Part shown: piece by piece, positions 49,385-58,939 of the stretch | Layout of the letters: each line of letters starts with the position of its first letter | How positions within the stretch are numbered: the stretch's first letter is position 1 | Source: an uncultured Verrucomicrobiota bacterium | GTDB lineage: Bacteria; Verrucomicrobiota; Verrucomicrobiia; CAZIPW01 | Length of the DNA: 64,000 nt | NCBI GenBank assembly: GCA_964541905.1 | Contig: CAZIRU010000001.1 | Span: 77,490-141,489, forward strand | Direction: 5' to 3' | The notes under the pieces: generated by a model | Seen by the model: only the letters and a program-made list of their open reading frames with translations | Database searches by the model: none | What the model was told of the DNA's origin: nothing | Translations under genes and position numbers: made by a program

Positions 49385-49900
49385 TTAGGTCTCGGGGAGA
49401 TTTTGACCATCTTCGGGCTTGGGAGCGGCATTGTAATGCCCATCCACCACTAGCTTGAGGTTGCCAATATCGGCTTGAATTTGGACGGTATTAACCCCCG
49501 TTCCCTCGTTGACGCCAACGGCCATCTTAAGCGGAATGTAGGGCGTCACCTTAATGCCGCGCACCGAGAATTTGTTTTGCTGGTTATCAGCCAGCTCTAC
49601 CACCAGCGAGGTGATATACTCCGCCAACCGAGGATCGGCCAGCTTCGACTTCAAAAGCGCCTGCCGTACTTGTAGATAGTAGAAAAAGTAATGCGATACA
49701 TTAAGTTTTTCCCCTTGTTGCTTGAGTTCCTCAAAGAGCCGCCGGCTATCCAAAAGCGGCTGGCGCAAGTTTTGATCCGAAAGGATCATGCCGAGGTCAT
49801 CGCGCGAAACTAGACTTTTTCCAAACGCTCGGTGGATAAAAGCGACATCCGCTCCCGTAAACGGACCGCTCGAGTTATAGTGCTCCTCGTTAAACTTCAT
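49385..49900 (-). CDS. Hypothetical protein, 171 aa, immediately downstream of the 1117-aa gene.
   Basis: Co-directional and a possible operon partner. No motif recognised. Confidence 0.4.
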   Translation of the reverse strand: MKFNEEHYNSSGPFTGADVAFIHRAFGKSLVSRDDLGMILSDQNLRQPLLDSRRLFEELKQQGEKLNVSHYFFYYLQVRQALLKSKLADPRLAEYITSLVVELADNQQNKFSVRGIKVTPYIPLKMAVGVNEGTGVNTVQIQADIGNLKLVVDGHYNAAPKPEDGQNLPET

Positions 49901-50094
49901 TTGTCTAGGCCTCCATTCCCAGTCATGTAGATAAAATCGGAAGCCTAGCCTTAAAATTCAGTACACCAAAAGCGCTAAGTGCTTTTTATTGAGATTTTTA
50001 CGGCGTGTAAAAAAACGGGCGTTTTATTTCCGTTTTTTACAAAACGAACCGCGAAAAACCGCCCCTAGCTTGTTAAAAAGCTACTTTGCAATCC

Positions 50095-53000
50095 CTATTT
50101 AAGCTTAGGCGGCGCGCCGATCGTACCATTAAGGAAGCGGAGATATTCAGGAGAAGAGGCTTCTTCGAATTTCTTCTGACAAAAGCTCAGCTTTGCCTCC
50201 CAATCTCCTCGCTGGGCCGGATTGGCTTCCACGTGCCTCTTAATGGAGGATAAATGGCGCCCCCATAGGGCCGCATCAATCTTTTGCTTGGCCTCCAGCC
50301 GCTCCTGATACCAGCGACTCTCAAGCATACTGCTCAAAGAGAACAACTTACGGAAAGTATCGTCGTTGAGCGTCGCGCCTTCATAGGAGCCCCTGGCCAT
50401 AAGCGTCAAGAGGGCTTTTAAAGGCGGCACCGCCAGTTCGATGGAACCATCGGCAAAGTACAGCTCCGCCACGCGCTGATGCGTATCGGTGATTGTCTGG
50501 ACGGAATCGGCAAAGAGGCCCTTGTCCTGCAGCTCCGGCCGCAACATTTCGGGAGTTAAAACCACCCCGGGATTGTTAAAAACTCGTCCGAAGAATACCC
50601 GCTCGAATTGCGCCGTCATGCGCCACCCTAAGCGGCTTGCTGGGACATTTTTACCATTGTACTGAAAATCGCGGCAGCGCTCAAGATGGCCGTTCTTGAT
50701 AAGGAAAGCCGGATCGCGCTCAGCAACGCTCATCCGCGAAAAAACTTCTGGAATTAGGAGCGATATGTCGTGATTAACCTTATAATGTGGCCCCACATAC
50801 GCCGTCGATGTCACAAAGGTCGGACATTGCGTCAAAAGGGCGCTCACAAAGGCCGAATTGAGGTCGATAATAGGCAAAAGCGCGTTAAATGGACCTTTCG
50901 TCAGCGCTCCTTCGGAACCCGCTCCCGTCGTTGAAGGGGATTTGCCCGTCATCGAGGAAATAAACTCCATGAAAAGCTCCGGCAACTCCATGTAATGGAT
51001 GGGGTTATAAGAGCAAAGCGCAGGCGAACCCTTTTCCGGAGGGTTATTCCGACGGCCAGGGACTATAAGATTGACGGGGGTATAGAGCGGACTTGCCGGC
51101 TTTAGCCGGCGCGAAAGCCGCATGCCGACTTCGGCCAGATAGCGCCCGCGCGGATTGAGCAAATCGGGGCGGTTTTGTAAATAACGCGGATTTTTAGAGG
51201 GAGCCCCGTCCACCAAGCGAGGATTGGCGGAGCTCACGACAAAGGCTGGGCCCTCTTTTGACTCAGCATGAGCACGCAAAAGCTCCTTCATGGCGGGCGT
51301 AAAGTAATCAAAACGGATGGCGTCATCCACCATTGTCTGGGCGTCAGCCTTCGTAAGCGGCTGAAAATTGGATATAAAATTCCCATTTCCGGCCATATCT
51401 TTTTCGGCCTGCTTATCATAGCCGCGCACAATGGCATCGTCTGGACGTTGAAAAAGTCGGTACTCGCAGTTGCCAACAAATTTGAGACCCACGACATTTT
51501 CCGGAAGTGGCAAATTCGAGAAATCGCGCGCCGGCAAGACAACCGAAGCCGTAATGTCATCTTCCATTTGGATCTTCGTAGCGGGGTAAAAGTCTTTACG
51601 CGTCCCCAAGGTGCGCCAAGCGCCATCGGGCTCGTAGCCCACGCGGAGGAAATTGGTGCTCAGTCGCGCATTCTTGTATTTTAACTCGTGTCCGGGCATT
51701 CCGTTTATCAAATCCACGCTAAAGCGCTTTTTCCAATCTGCTTCCCAGCTCGGCTTATAGTAACGCTTGATCACCAAGAGCATTTCCAGAACGTGCGACG
51801 GGATCGAGCGGATAAAATCATTATAACCGTCCGTATACTCCTCGGAGTGCGTAAAGAGCTTGATCACCGAACCCAACGAAAACTTGGGCTCCAAAATGCT
51901 CGGGTGGCGCTTGGTGCGGCGGACGGGGTCTCGATAGATTGTCGAATAGTCGAAGTTCAAGAGCATATCGATTTGCTCCATGTCGGACTTGAAGTCCATG
52001 ACAAAGACAGAACCGATAATGCAGGCATCGTTGATGGATTTGGAGATCTCGGATTTGCCGCCGCCCGAAACGGTCGAGGGTTTGTGGCACAAACACGGCT
52101 CCGCCACGGTGCCAATAATGCGCCAACGGCGGTTTTCAGCAGGCTTGAGCATCTCAATCTTGTAGCCGGAGGGCAGAACGTAAGTGGTGTTGGGCTTCAA
52201 CCGAATGGAGTGGGCGGCGCCCAAACTATCCGACCAGCTTATCGACTGGTCGTAAAGCCTGAAGCGCACATTTTGCGGAACATAAAAAATATTATCATAG
52301 CGTTTATCGGAAGCATACCCTTCTGGGTGCGCATCTGCCAGCGGCCCCAGACATTCCAAGGCCTCGGCATAGTTGTGATCTTCGGGGGTATGCACAACCT
52401 CATCCAAAGAAAATTCCTCGCCCAAGTCGTAGGCAGCAAAGGTTAGCGCTCCGCCGGCGTGCTCTTCCTCGCACATCCCAAGCAAGTTCGCCGCATAGCT
52501 AAGCTGGGTCTTGACCTCTTTTTTGCAATAGCCGAAATAATTGTCGGCGATGACCGTTACGATCACGCCGCATTCGTCGCGCGAGGTCAGCTTGAAGGCT
52601 TTTCCGTCATTGTAGAGCTCCTTTTCGTCTTTATAGCACATACCATCGCGCCGCTGGCGTTCGGTAGCTTTGTCAAAATGGGGGAGCCCAACCTGCTTTT
52701 TGGTCAAACAGGTCAGGTGGGGCGCCAAGATGATGCATCCCGTGTGGCCGCTCCAATGTTCAACGTCCAAGGCCGCATTATTTTCGCGCGGATTGCCGGC
52801 GTTCCCAAAGACCGATTCAACAAAATCGAGGTTGCAAACCAGGCTCCCGGGAACAAGGAAGAGCGTTTCCATCGACTTGGCATAGGCAAAGCCTGGCACC
52901 TCGGGCGAAACCATCGGCCTCAAATACAGCGACGCCCAAACGGAAGCCCCCGCCGCCTCAGTAGCAGTATAGGGCAAGCGCAAAAAAGACGCGGGGGCAT

Positions 53001-53448
53001 TGAGCGCCACTTTCAAGATGGCCGCGAACGTCTCAAGCGGCACCACCTTCTTGTCGCCCGGTATAGGCAATCCGCCTTCGGCCACATGGAAAACGCCTTC
53101 GGTCGTACGGCGATCGCTTTTGGGATTATGCAAAATACCCTGTTTTAAACGATAACTTGTGACTGTCTCGCTCTTGTACTCATCCTGTGTTGCGGGCAAC
53201 GAAAGCGTTCGCGAAAGCCCAAACAAATCCATGTCGAAACACTGGACAGGCAACATCGTTGTATCCGCCCCCAAAATTGATTTCAGATACTCGTTGATGC
53301 GGCCCGCGATGGGGGAGGGCGACGCAAGGGCCTTCAGCTCCTCCAGTCGCGTGCGGATGATCGCCTCAAGCTCAGCTGGCGGCGGCATCCAGTTCTTGCC
53401 CTCTTCGCAATCAAAACCAACTCGTCTCTTATAGTCAAAAGCCATCAC
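50095..53448 (-). CDS. Large conserved hypothetical protein, 1117 aa. A speculative assignment is PPi-type phosphoenolpyruvate carboxykinase-like.
   Basis: Uninterrupted ORF of 3.35 kb. No TM segments or repeats. A P-loop-like STVSGGGKSEISKS resembles the PEPCK kinase-1a loop. The size matches PPi-PEPCK, at about 1100-1150 aa. Product unverified. Confidence 0.7.
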   Translation of the reverse strand: MMAFDYKRRVGFDCEEGKNWMPPPAELEAIIRTRLEELKALASPSPIAGRINEYLKSILGADTTMLPVQCFDMDLFGLSRTLSLPATQDEYKSETVTSYRLKQGILHNPKSDRRTTEGVFHVAEGGLPIPGDKKVVPLETFAAILKVALNAPASFLRLPYTATEAAGASVWASLYLRPMVSPEVPGFAYAKSMETLFLVPGSLVCNLDFVESVFGNAGNPRENNAALDVEHWSGHTGCIILAPHLTCLTKKQVGLPHFDKATERQRRDGMCYKDEKELYNDGKAFKLTSRDECGVIVTVIADNYFGYCKKEVKTQLSYAANLLGMCEEEHAGGALTFAAYDLGEEFSLDEVVHTPEDHNYAEALECLGPLADAHPEGYASDKRYDNIFYVPQNVRFRLYDQSISWSDSLGAAHSIRLKPNTTYVLPSGYKIEMLKPAENRRWRIIGTVAEPCLCHKPSTVSGGGKSEISKSINDACIIGSVFVMDFKSDMEQIDMLLNFDYSTIYRDPVRRTKRHPSILEPKFSLGSVIKLFTHSEEYTDGYNDFIRSIPSHVLEMLLVIKRYYKPSWEADWKKRFSVDLINGMPGHELKYKNARLSTNFLRVGYEPDGAWRTLGTRKDFYPATKIQMEDDITASVVLPARDFSNLPLPENVVGLKFVGNCEYRLFQRPDDAIVRGYDKQAEKDMAGNGNFISNFQPLTKADAQTMVDDAIRFDYFTPAMKELLRAHAESKEGPAFVVSSANPRLVDGAPSKNPRYLQNRPDLLNPRGRYLAEVGMRLSRRLKPASPLYTPVNLIVPGRRNNPPEKGSPALCSYNPIHYMELPELFMEFISSMTGKSPSTTGAGSEGALTKGPFNALLPIIDLNSAFVSALLTQCPTFVTSTAYVGPHYKVNHDISLLIPEVFSRMSVAERDPAFLIKNGHLERCRDFQYNGKNVPASRLGWRMTAQFERVFFGRVFNNPGVVLTPEMLRPELQDKGLFADSVQTITDTHQRVAELYFADGSIELAVPPLKALLTLMARGSYEGATLNDDTFRKLFSLSSMLESRWYQERLEAKQKIDAALWGRHLSSIKRHVEANPAQRGDWEAKLSFCQKKFEEASSPEYLRFLNGTIGAPPKLK

Positions 53449-53566
53449 CTACAAAGAAAAACGGTTTTGCGCTCCAAGACAAGCGCTTTGTTGCAGGAAA
53501 ATTTTTTAAGATATTGTCACGATGCGGTGCTTGACGCAAACCCCTCCGCCGCCCTAGGCTCTTGCC

Positions 53567-53989
53567 ATGGCTCTCAATCAAGCGGACGTTAAACGGTTGC
53601 TGGAAGATCACGACTTGGGGCTGCTCCTTGTGCGCATTGCAATGGGTTGCACGATGATGGCGCATGGAATCCCCAAGTTTATGGGAGGGCAAAGCACGCT
53701 TATTCAGGTGGGGCAGGCGATGGGCTATGTAGGCATCCATTTTGCGCCGCTTATGTGGGGAATCTTGGCTGCTATTATCGAAGTGATGGGAGGTTTTATG
53801 ATTTTGCTGGGCTTTCTTTTCCGCCCCGCAGCCTTCCTTTTGATGATCACGATGGCCATTGCGACGACGATGTTGGTTAAAACCGGCGCCGATTTTCTTC
53901 AAACGACGATCACACCTCTTTCATACTTCGGCGTTTTTTTGGGCCTTCTCTTCGCCGGCCCAGGCAAAATAAGTATTCAGAAAAATTAG
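53567..53989 (+). CDS. DoxX family membrane protein.
   Basis: LLLVRIAMGCTMMAHGIPKF... with four TM helices, the DoxX signature. Confidence 0.8.
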   Translation: MALNQADVKRLLEDHDLGLLLVRIAMGCTMMAHGIPKFMGGQSTLIQVGQAMGYVGIHFAPLMWGILAAIIEVMGGFMILLGFLFRPAAFLLMITMAIATTMLVKTGADFLQTTITPLSYFGVFLGLLFAGPGKISIQKN

Positions 53990-53991
53990 GC

Positions 53992-54723
53992 TCAAGCCCC
54001 AATATAGGCCAGCTCCGCAATCTTCCGGACCTCTTTGGGATTCCCTGCGATGGATATACGCGAAAGGCCGTAAGCGGAAACAACAGCCTCGCGTTGAACA
54101 TCAAACCTTCCCACGCAAGGCCCCTGCACGCGGGCATCAAGATTTTGAGTTTTAAGCAAAGAAGCGTCCAGCTTTACCGAGCCATCCAGCGCCAATAGGT
54201 GACTCGACGCAATACCAACCATCTTTAAAACGCCAGCCCCTTTAATTTCGCTAATAATTTTTGCGGCAGAAAAATTCAGAAGGCCATCCACGCGTCCGTA
54301 AAACTCCAAGCAGACCTCTCTTGAGACGAAACAGGCGGGACTCTCAAGAACCAAATGGCCTCGCCCATAAATGGACTCTATTTTTTCCACCCAGATTTCT
54401 ATCTCCAAATCGGCAACAGCCAAGCGTTCTATCCGTCCACAAAAAACATCCAATACACCATAACGATTAACGCCAACACGAAGTCTTTTAAAAACAGGGA
54501 GGGGCGCGCGGATAATAATTTTGTGTTCGCCCGAAGAAACGCGCAGACGAACTTTCGCATCCGCGCAAATGGATAGGCTTCTAAAACTTTCGAGCGGTAT
54601 TGTTTTCTCGGAAATCGCAAGCTTTGCTCTGTGCTCGTGAGCAAAGATTTTCTTTAGCGCCTTAAACATTCGTCCACCTCCCACCCGCAAAAATCCTCCC
54701 CCTTTTCGGTCCAACAACCTCAA
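53992..54723 (-). CDS. Hypothetical protein, possibly a beta-rich DUF2807/GIN-like domain.
   Basis: Loosely repeated beta-strand-like segments. Assignment is weak. Confidence 0.4.
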   Translation of the reverse strand: MRLLDRKGGGFLRVGGGRMFKALKKIFAHEHRAKLAISEKTIPLESFRSLSICADAKVRLRVSSGEHKIIIRAPLPVFKRLRVGVNRYGVLDVFCGRIERLAVADLEIEIWVEKIESIYGRGHLVLESPACFVSREVCLEFYGRVDGLLNFSAAKIISEIKGAGVLKMVGIASSHLLALDGSVKLDASLLKTQNLDARVQGPCVGRFDVQREAVVSAYGLSRISIAGNPKEVRKIAELAYIGA

Positions 54724-54851
54724 AATCTATACTCCCTAACAACGGAAGCAGCCGCTCGCCTACTGGCAGAGATCCGAAGGCGATCGGAACGCAAAGTGCG
54801 TTTTCGCCACGGCACGAGAGTAGAACCTCAATATAATTCATTAACAACAAT

Positions 54852-54938
54852 ATGCACATATATATGCATTTTGTCAAACATCTCGGCTAGTTTGCGCGTT
54901 TCTAATTGCATTTTCTTGCATTTTAAAATAAAAATGCA
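54852..54938. promoter_or_regulatory. Candidate operator: three direct copies and one inverted copy of TGCATTTT, plus the palindrome ATGCA..TGCAT, in the AT-rich leader of the XRE-like regulator.
   Basis: TGCATTTT at 54865, 54907 and 54917. AAAATGCA at 54931, overlapping the start codon. Confidence 0.35.
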
Positions 54939-55791
54939 TACAAATGCAGTAAAGAATATGAGTATGAACAAAATTTGTAGTGCAACGGTTGGGAATCTGC
55001 TTCGCGACCTAAGGAGGGCGGCTGGCGTTCGAAATGCAATCCATCTGGCAAAACTTATGGGAGGTAAATATAGCTCGTCTGGAATCTTGCGCCGCGAAGA
55101 AGGGCTCTTGAAAATTGATTCGGATTATGTGGACCTTTTTTGCAAAACAGTCGGAGTTGCGGGCGCACAAAAGGATGAAATTTTGTGGCAACTCAGAGTT
55201 GAGGTTTTGAGAAAAGAAAACACCCCCGAACTCTTGGAGCTCGAGTTCTGGCAAAAAAGAGAACAGTCCAAATGTATATGCACGTATAGCGCGTGCTTGA
55301 TTCCTTCTGCACTCCAGACCTTCAACTATGCCAAGGCCATCATTGAAACGTACAAACACGTCGCCAATGTTGAGAACTCCGCCCTCAAAAGAGTGCAAAC
55401 GTCCATGCGCTGGCTAAACACTCCGGACAAAACTATCCGCATCATCTGCAGCGAGACGGCTCTTTATCTCCCAACCGGCAACATCCATGTGATGGTGGAT
55501 CAGTTGCGCCGGCTCCGTCTTTTTACAGAAAACAAGACTCTAGATTTTCGCATTTTCCCAAATAATGTTTTTGTGGGCGTTCCTCTCTACGCTTTATTTA
55601 CAGTGTTCGACGAAACCTACAGTATTTGCGAAACCCGTTTGGGCGCTTCTACATCAGAAGATCGCTCAGACGCTCAAACACTCCTTAAAGACTTCGGGCT
55701 GCTTTGGGAGAAATCTGCATCCAACAAAGACCGCAATCAACTTATTGACCGAGCATTAACGTATTACGAAAAGGAATATCCTAAAAACTAA
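54934..55791 (+). CDS. Helix-turn-helix (XRE-like) transcriptional regulator with a C-terminal domain resembling the DUF5753/Scr1-type. Gene GC is well below the window average.
   Basis: N-terminal HTH (VGNLLRDLRRAAGVRNAIHLAKLMG). ATG at 54934. The gene is AT-rich and is preceded by a TGCATTTT repeat array. Confidence 0.6.
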   Translation: MHTNAVKNMSMNKICSATVGNLLRDLRRAAGVRNAIHLAKLMGGKYSSSGILRREEGLLKIDSDYVDLFCKTVGVAGAQKDEILWQLRVEVLRKENTPELLELEFWQKREQSKCICTYSACLIPSALQTFNYAKAIIETYKHVANVENSALKRVQTSMRWLNTPDKTIRIICSETALYLPTGNIHVMVDQLRRLRLFTENKTLDFRIFPNNVFVGVPLYALFTVFDETYSICETRLGASTSEDRSDAQTLLKDFGLLWEKSASNKDRNQLIDRALTYYEKEYPKN

Positions 55792-55800
55792 CGATCAGCC

Positions 55801-56604
55801 TTACTCCGGCTCCATTGCTTTGATTTGCAAAGCACGGCAAAAGTCGTCATAGGTCATCACCGAAAGAGCCCCGTCCATCTTTTCGACCACGCATGTCAGC
55901 GACTCCACCCAGTCGCCGGAGTTCAGATAATGGATCTTTCCAATCTGTTTATTGGCAGGCGTATGGATGTGCCCGCAAATAATCCCCACACACCCGCGCT
56001 TGAGGGCCAGCGTTTCCACACGTTCCTCAAAGCGGCTCAAATAATTAACGGCTTCCTTGACGCGCTTTTTGATGAGCTTGCTGAAAGAAAAGTTTTCCAT
56101 CCCCATCCAGCGTCGAATGCGATTCGTCAGACGGTTGATTTTCAAAAGCGTTTGATAGCCAACGTCCCCAATATGCGAAAGGATGGGGTATTGATGTGTG
56201 ACCGAGTCAAAAACGTCTCCGTGCACCACTAAATAGGCCCCCTTGTCGGTATAGTGGATGCAATCTTCGACAATTTGCACAGCACCGAAGGAGAGGGGAA
56301 TAAAGCGCGCCAGTAAATCGTCGTGGTTGCCGCGCGTGTAGATAATTTCGCTTTCACGATCCTCCATTCGGCCCAAAATCAGTTTTACAAAACGGGTATG
56401 CGCCGATTTCCAGCCGCCACGCCGCCTTAAAGACCAGCCGTCGATAATATCGCCATTGAGGATGATTTTGGGGGCTTTGACGTGTTCCAGCAAATAGTTA
56501 ACCTGATCAATTTTGCACTCCTCCGTCCCCAGATGGACATCGGAGATAATCAAGGTTTTGTACTCCAGGCGAACGCCTAGAGGGGCTGTTTGAACTTCAG
56601 ACAT
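55801..56604 (-). CDS. Calcineurin-like metallophosphoesterase, LpxH-like (UDP-2,3-diacylglucosamine pyrophosphatase family).
   Basis: ISDVHLG, ILNGDIIDGW, GNHD, VVHGD, ICGHIHTP and NSGDW line up with the LpxH metal-binding motifs. Confidence 0.7.
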   Translation of the reverse strand: MSEVQTAPLGVRLEYKTLIISDVHLGTEECKIDQVNYLLEHVKAPKIILNGDIIDGWSLRRRGGWKSAHTRFVKLILGRMEDRESEIIYTRGNHDDLLARFIPLSFGAVQIVEDCIHYTDKGAYLVVHGDVFDSVTHQYPILSHIGDVGYQTLLKINRLTNRIRRWMGMENFSFSKLIKKRVKEAVNYLSRFEERVETLALKRGCVGIICGHIHTPANKQIGKIHYLNSGDWVESLTCVVEKMDGALSVMTYDDFCRALQIKAMEPE

Positions 56605-57748
56605 GAGCGTCGGGCTTCTTCGGCTTCAATCCTAAGAGGTCACGCTCATAGCTGGCGACAATATTTTCCCAGGAAAGCCGTTCGGTAGTTTCTCGCGCCG
56701 CACGCTTGATAGGCCCCCATTCTCCACGCCTGTCCAAAAGGTCCTTAAAACGATCCAAAAACTCCTGTTCTTTGCGGAAGGGAGCTAAAAAGCCGTTTTT
56801 GCCATCCACGATATGCTCACGTCCGGCGGCATAATCATATGCCAAGACCACGAGCCCGCTCGCCATCGCTTCCATCACCACATTGCCGTAAGTCTCGGTA
56901 AACGACGGAAAAATAAATAGATTTGCGGAGGCATAATGCTCGGCCAATGACGTTCCCGAGCGCTTTCCCACAAAAACAAGCTCCGGATGCTCGCGCTGGA
57001 GTTTGGCGCGCTGCGGCCCATCGCCGACCAAGACCAGCTTGGCCGTAGGGTTCGTCCGGCGTAAGCGATGGTAACACTCCAACATCAACGTGAGGTTTTT
57101 TTCAGCGGCGATCCGCCCCACGTAAAGCATCACCAAATCGTCCGAAAGGGCGCCCCAAGCATTGCGCAAGTTTTCGCTATAGCGTGCGGGATTAAAAAGC
57201 GCCGTATCTACCCCGCGCGACATAATCGCGAGGTTTTTATATTTATAGCCCTCCACTTTTGTTTTGACGCTCTGGGAAGGAACGAAGGTTTTGAGGGTTG
57301 CGTTGTGAAGCGCGCGGAAATACTCGAAACCGATCCCGCGCAAAAACCCCAGACCATAGTAGCGGCTGTAATCAAAAAAGTTGGTGTGATAGCTGGAGAC
57401 GACAGGCACCCCATAGGCATAGGCCGCGAGCACTCCCGCCAGTCCTAAGGGCCCCTCGGTTGCAATATGGATAAAGTCCGGCTTAAAGCGATGAATATTG
57501 TGACGCAACTGGCCAAAGTAGGGAAGCCCCAACCTCAATCCCTTATACCAAGGGAAGGCGATTCCCCATACGAGCGTCGAGGAGGGATTGGCCGGATATT
57601 TTGCACGGCGGTCGTGTCGGCCTTGCTTTGGACGCACAATGTGCACCTGATGTCCGCGCGCGAGCAAGCCTTCCGCGAGTTTCGAAAGAGTTGTCGCCAC
57701 GCCATTAATGTCCGGCGGGTAAGTCTCTGTGATGAGCATCCAGCGCAC
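56597..57748 (-). CDS. Glycosyltransferase family 4 (GT-B).
   Basis: N-terminal ITETYPPDINGVATT and the C-terminal EX7E-like ETYGNVVMEAMASGLVV. It overlaps the LpxH-like gene by 8 bp. Confidence 0.8.
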   Translation of the reverse strand: MRWMLITETYPPDINGVATTLSKLAEGLLARGHQVHIVRPKQGRHDRRAKYPANPSSTLVWGIAFPWYKGLRLGLPYFGQLRHNIHRFKPDFIHIATEGPLGLAGVLAAYAYGVPVVSSYHTNFFDYSRYYGLGFLRGIGFEYFRALHNATLKTFVPSQSVKTKVEGYKYKNLAIMSRGVDTALFNPARYSENLRNAWGALSDDLVMLYVGRIAAEKNLTLMLECYHRLRRTNPTAKLVLVGDGPQRAKLQREHPELVFVGKRSGTSLAEHYASANLFIFPSFTETYGNVVMEAMASGLVVLAYDYAAGREHIVDGKNGFLAPFRKEQEFLDRFKDLLDRRGEWGPIKRAARETTERLSWENIVASYERDLLGLKPKKPDAHV

Positions 57749-57820
57749 GAGGGCATCTTCGCAAATATGCGCCGCCTTGGCAATAGGTTTAAAGCGCTCA
57801 AATTTGACCCAAGAATTTGG

Positions 57821-58915
57821 CTATTTCACTCCCTTGAGGCGCTTAAGTTCTTCCAGCGACACTTCGCGCCCCACGCCATTTTCGTAATAAATAAGCGCCG
57901 CACGCGGATGAAAAGCGCCGTGGGCATCCTGATGAACCTCACCCATTTGGGTATGGATAGTTTTCATTCCCCGCAACGCCGCACAGACCGCTTCCCCTGT
58001 CGGCTTTGCTTGTCCATCTCCGGCTCGCTCAAAAGCTTCGGCGATGATGGCGGGCAAGTCGTAGGCATAAGGTGTATAAACCAAAGTCGGAAGCACTCCT
58101 TTTTCCTTCATCTTGGCGATAAAAGATTCTCTTAGCGGAGGGCATCCCGCAATCCAAAGGCCTTCTATGAAGGCCTTGTTTTCAACCTCGTCAAACGTCT
58201 CTACTGTCGTAATATTTTCTATACCACCCAGTTCACGAGCCTGTTTGAAAAGAATATCTATAGCGGGAGGGAAGGCCCAAAAATGGTAAAAGTCTGGATT
58301 AAGTTCGCGAGCGCGAAGCAGGTGCGCTCGATAATCTTTGGAGTCCAGAGCATTGAACCAAAATATCTCCTTATAATTCAGCCCCCAAGCCTGAGCGTGC
58401 TTCCTTAATTCTTTGTCGGCGCGCACGGCGCCATCTTGCTTGCATGCGACTACAACACAACTTTTTAAGCCTAGCGCCGCAGCTGTGGCACACGACAGCT
58501 CCGACACATCACCGCTTGTAAGGAAATACGAAAAACACGACTCGCCATCCGCACAATCCTCATAAGAAAGCGAAACTTGCGGCACTTTGGCGCGACGCAC
58601 CAGCGGCATTGTAATTTTGGCGCTCAAGGATGACGTTGGGGCCAGCACATCCACTTTATCTGTAAAAAGCAGCTTTGTTGCGGCCAAATGCGTTGTCTTG
58701 GGGTCAAATTTTGAGTCCTCAAAAAGCAACTGATATTCGTATTTCGTTGCGGGGTCCTCGTTGATTTCTGCGGTGCGAATTTTTATTGCAGCCACAAGTT
58801 CTTGAAAAAGCGCCCCTGTATCGCCACTCATTGGGATAACCACTCCAATTTTTACTACCTCTTTTGCCGGAAGCAGCGTAGCAAAAAAAAGCAACAGTAG
58901 CCAGAAACGTTTCAC
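57821..58915 (-). CDS. ABC-transporter substrate-binding protein, type I periplasmic binding fold (branched-chain amino-acid type), with an intact signal peptide.
   Basis: MKRFWLLLLFFATLLPA signal, then KIGVVIPMSGDTGALFQE. Confidence 0.8.
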   Translation of the reverse strand: MKRFWLLLLFFATLLPAKEVVKIGVVIPMSGDTGALFQELVAAIKIRTAEINEDPATKYEYQLLFEDSKFDPKTTHLAATKLLFTDKVDVLAPTSSLSAKITMPLVRRAKVPQVSLSYEDCADGESCFSYFLTSGDVSELSCATAAALGLKSCVVVACKQDGAVRADKELRKHAQAWGLNYKEIFWFNALDSKDYRAHLLRARELNPDFYHFWAFPPAIDILFKQARELGGIENITTVETFDEVENKAFIEGLWIAGCPPLRESFIAKMKEKGVLPTLVYTPYAYDLPAIIAEAFERAGDGQAKPTGEAVCAALRGMKTIHTQMGEVHQDAHGAFHPRAALIYYENGVGREVSLEELKRLKGVK

Positions 58916-58939
58916 TCTAAAATAAGCGTTGGGCTAGCG

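Noticed and set aside
51688-52446. 252-aa ORF on the plus strand (and other ORFs between 51268 and 53434)
   Set aside because: All lie inside and antisense to the continuous 1117-aa ORF.
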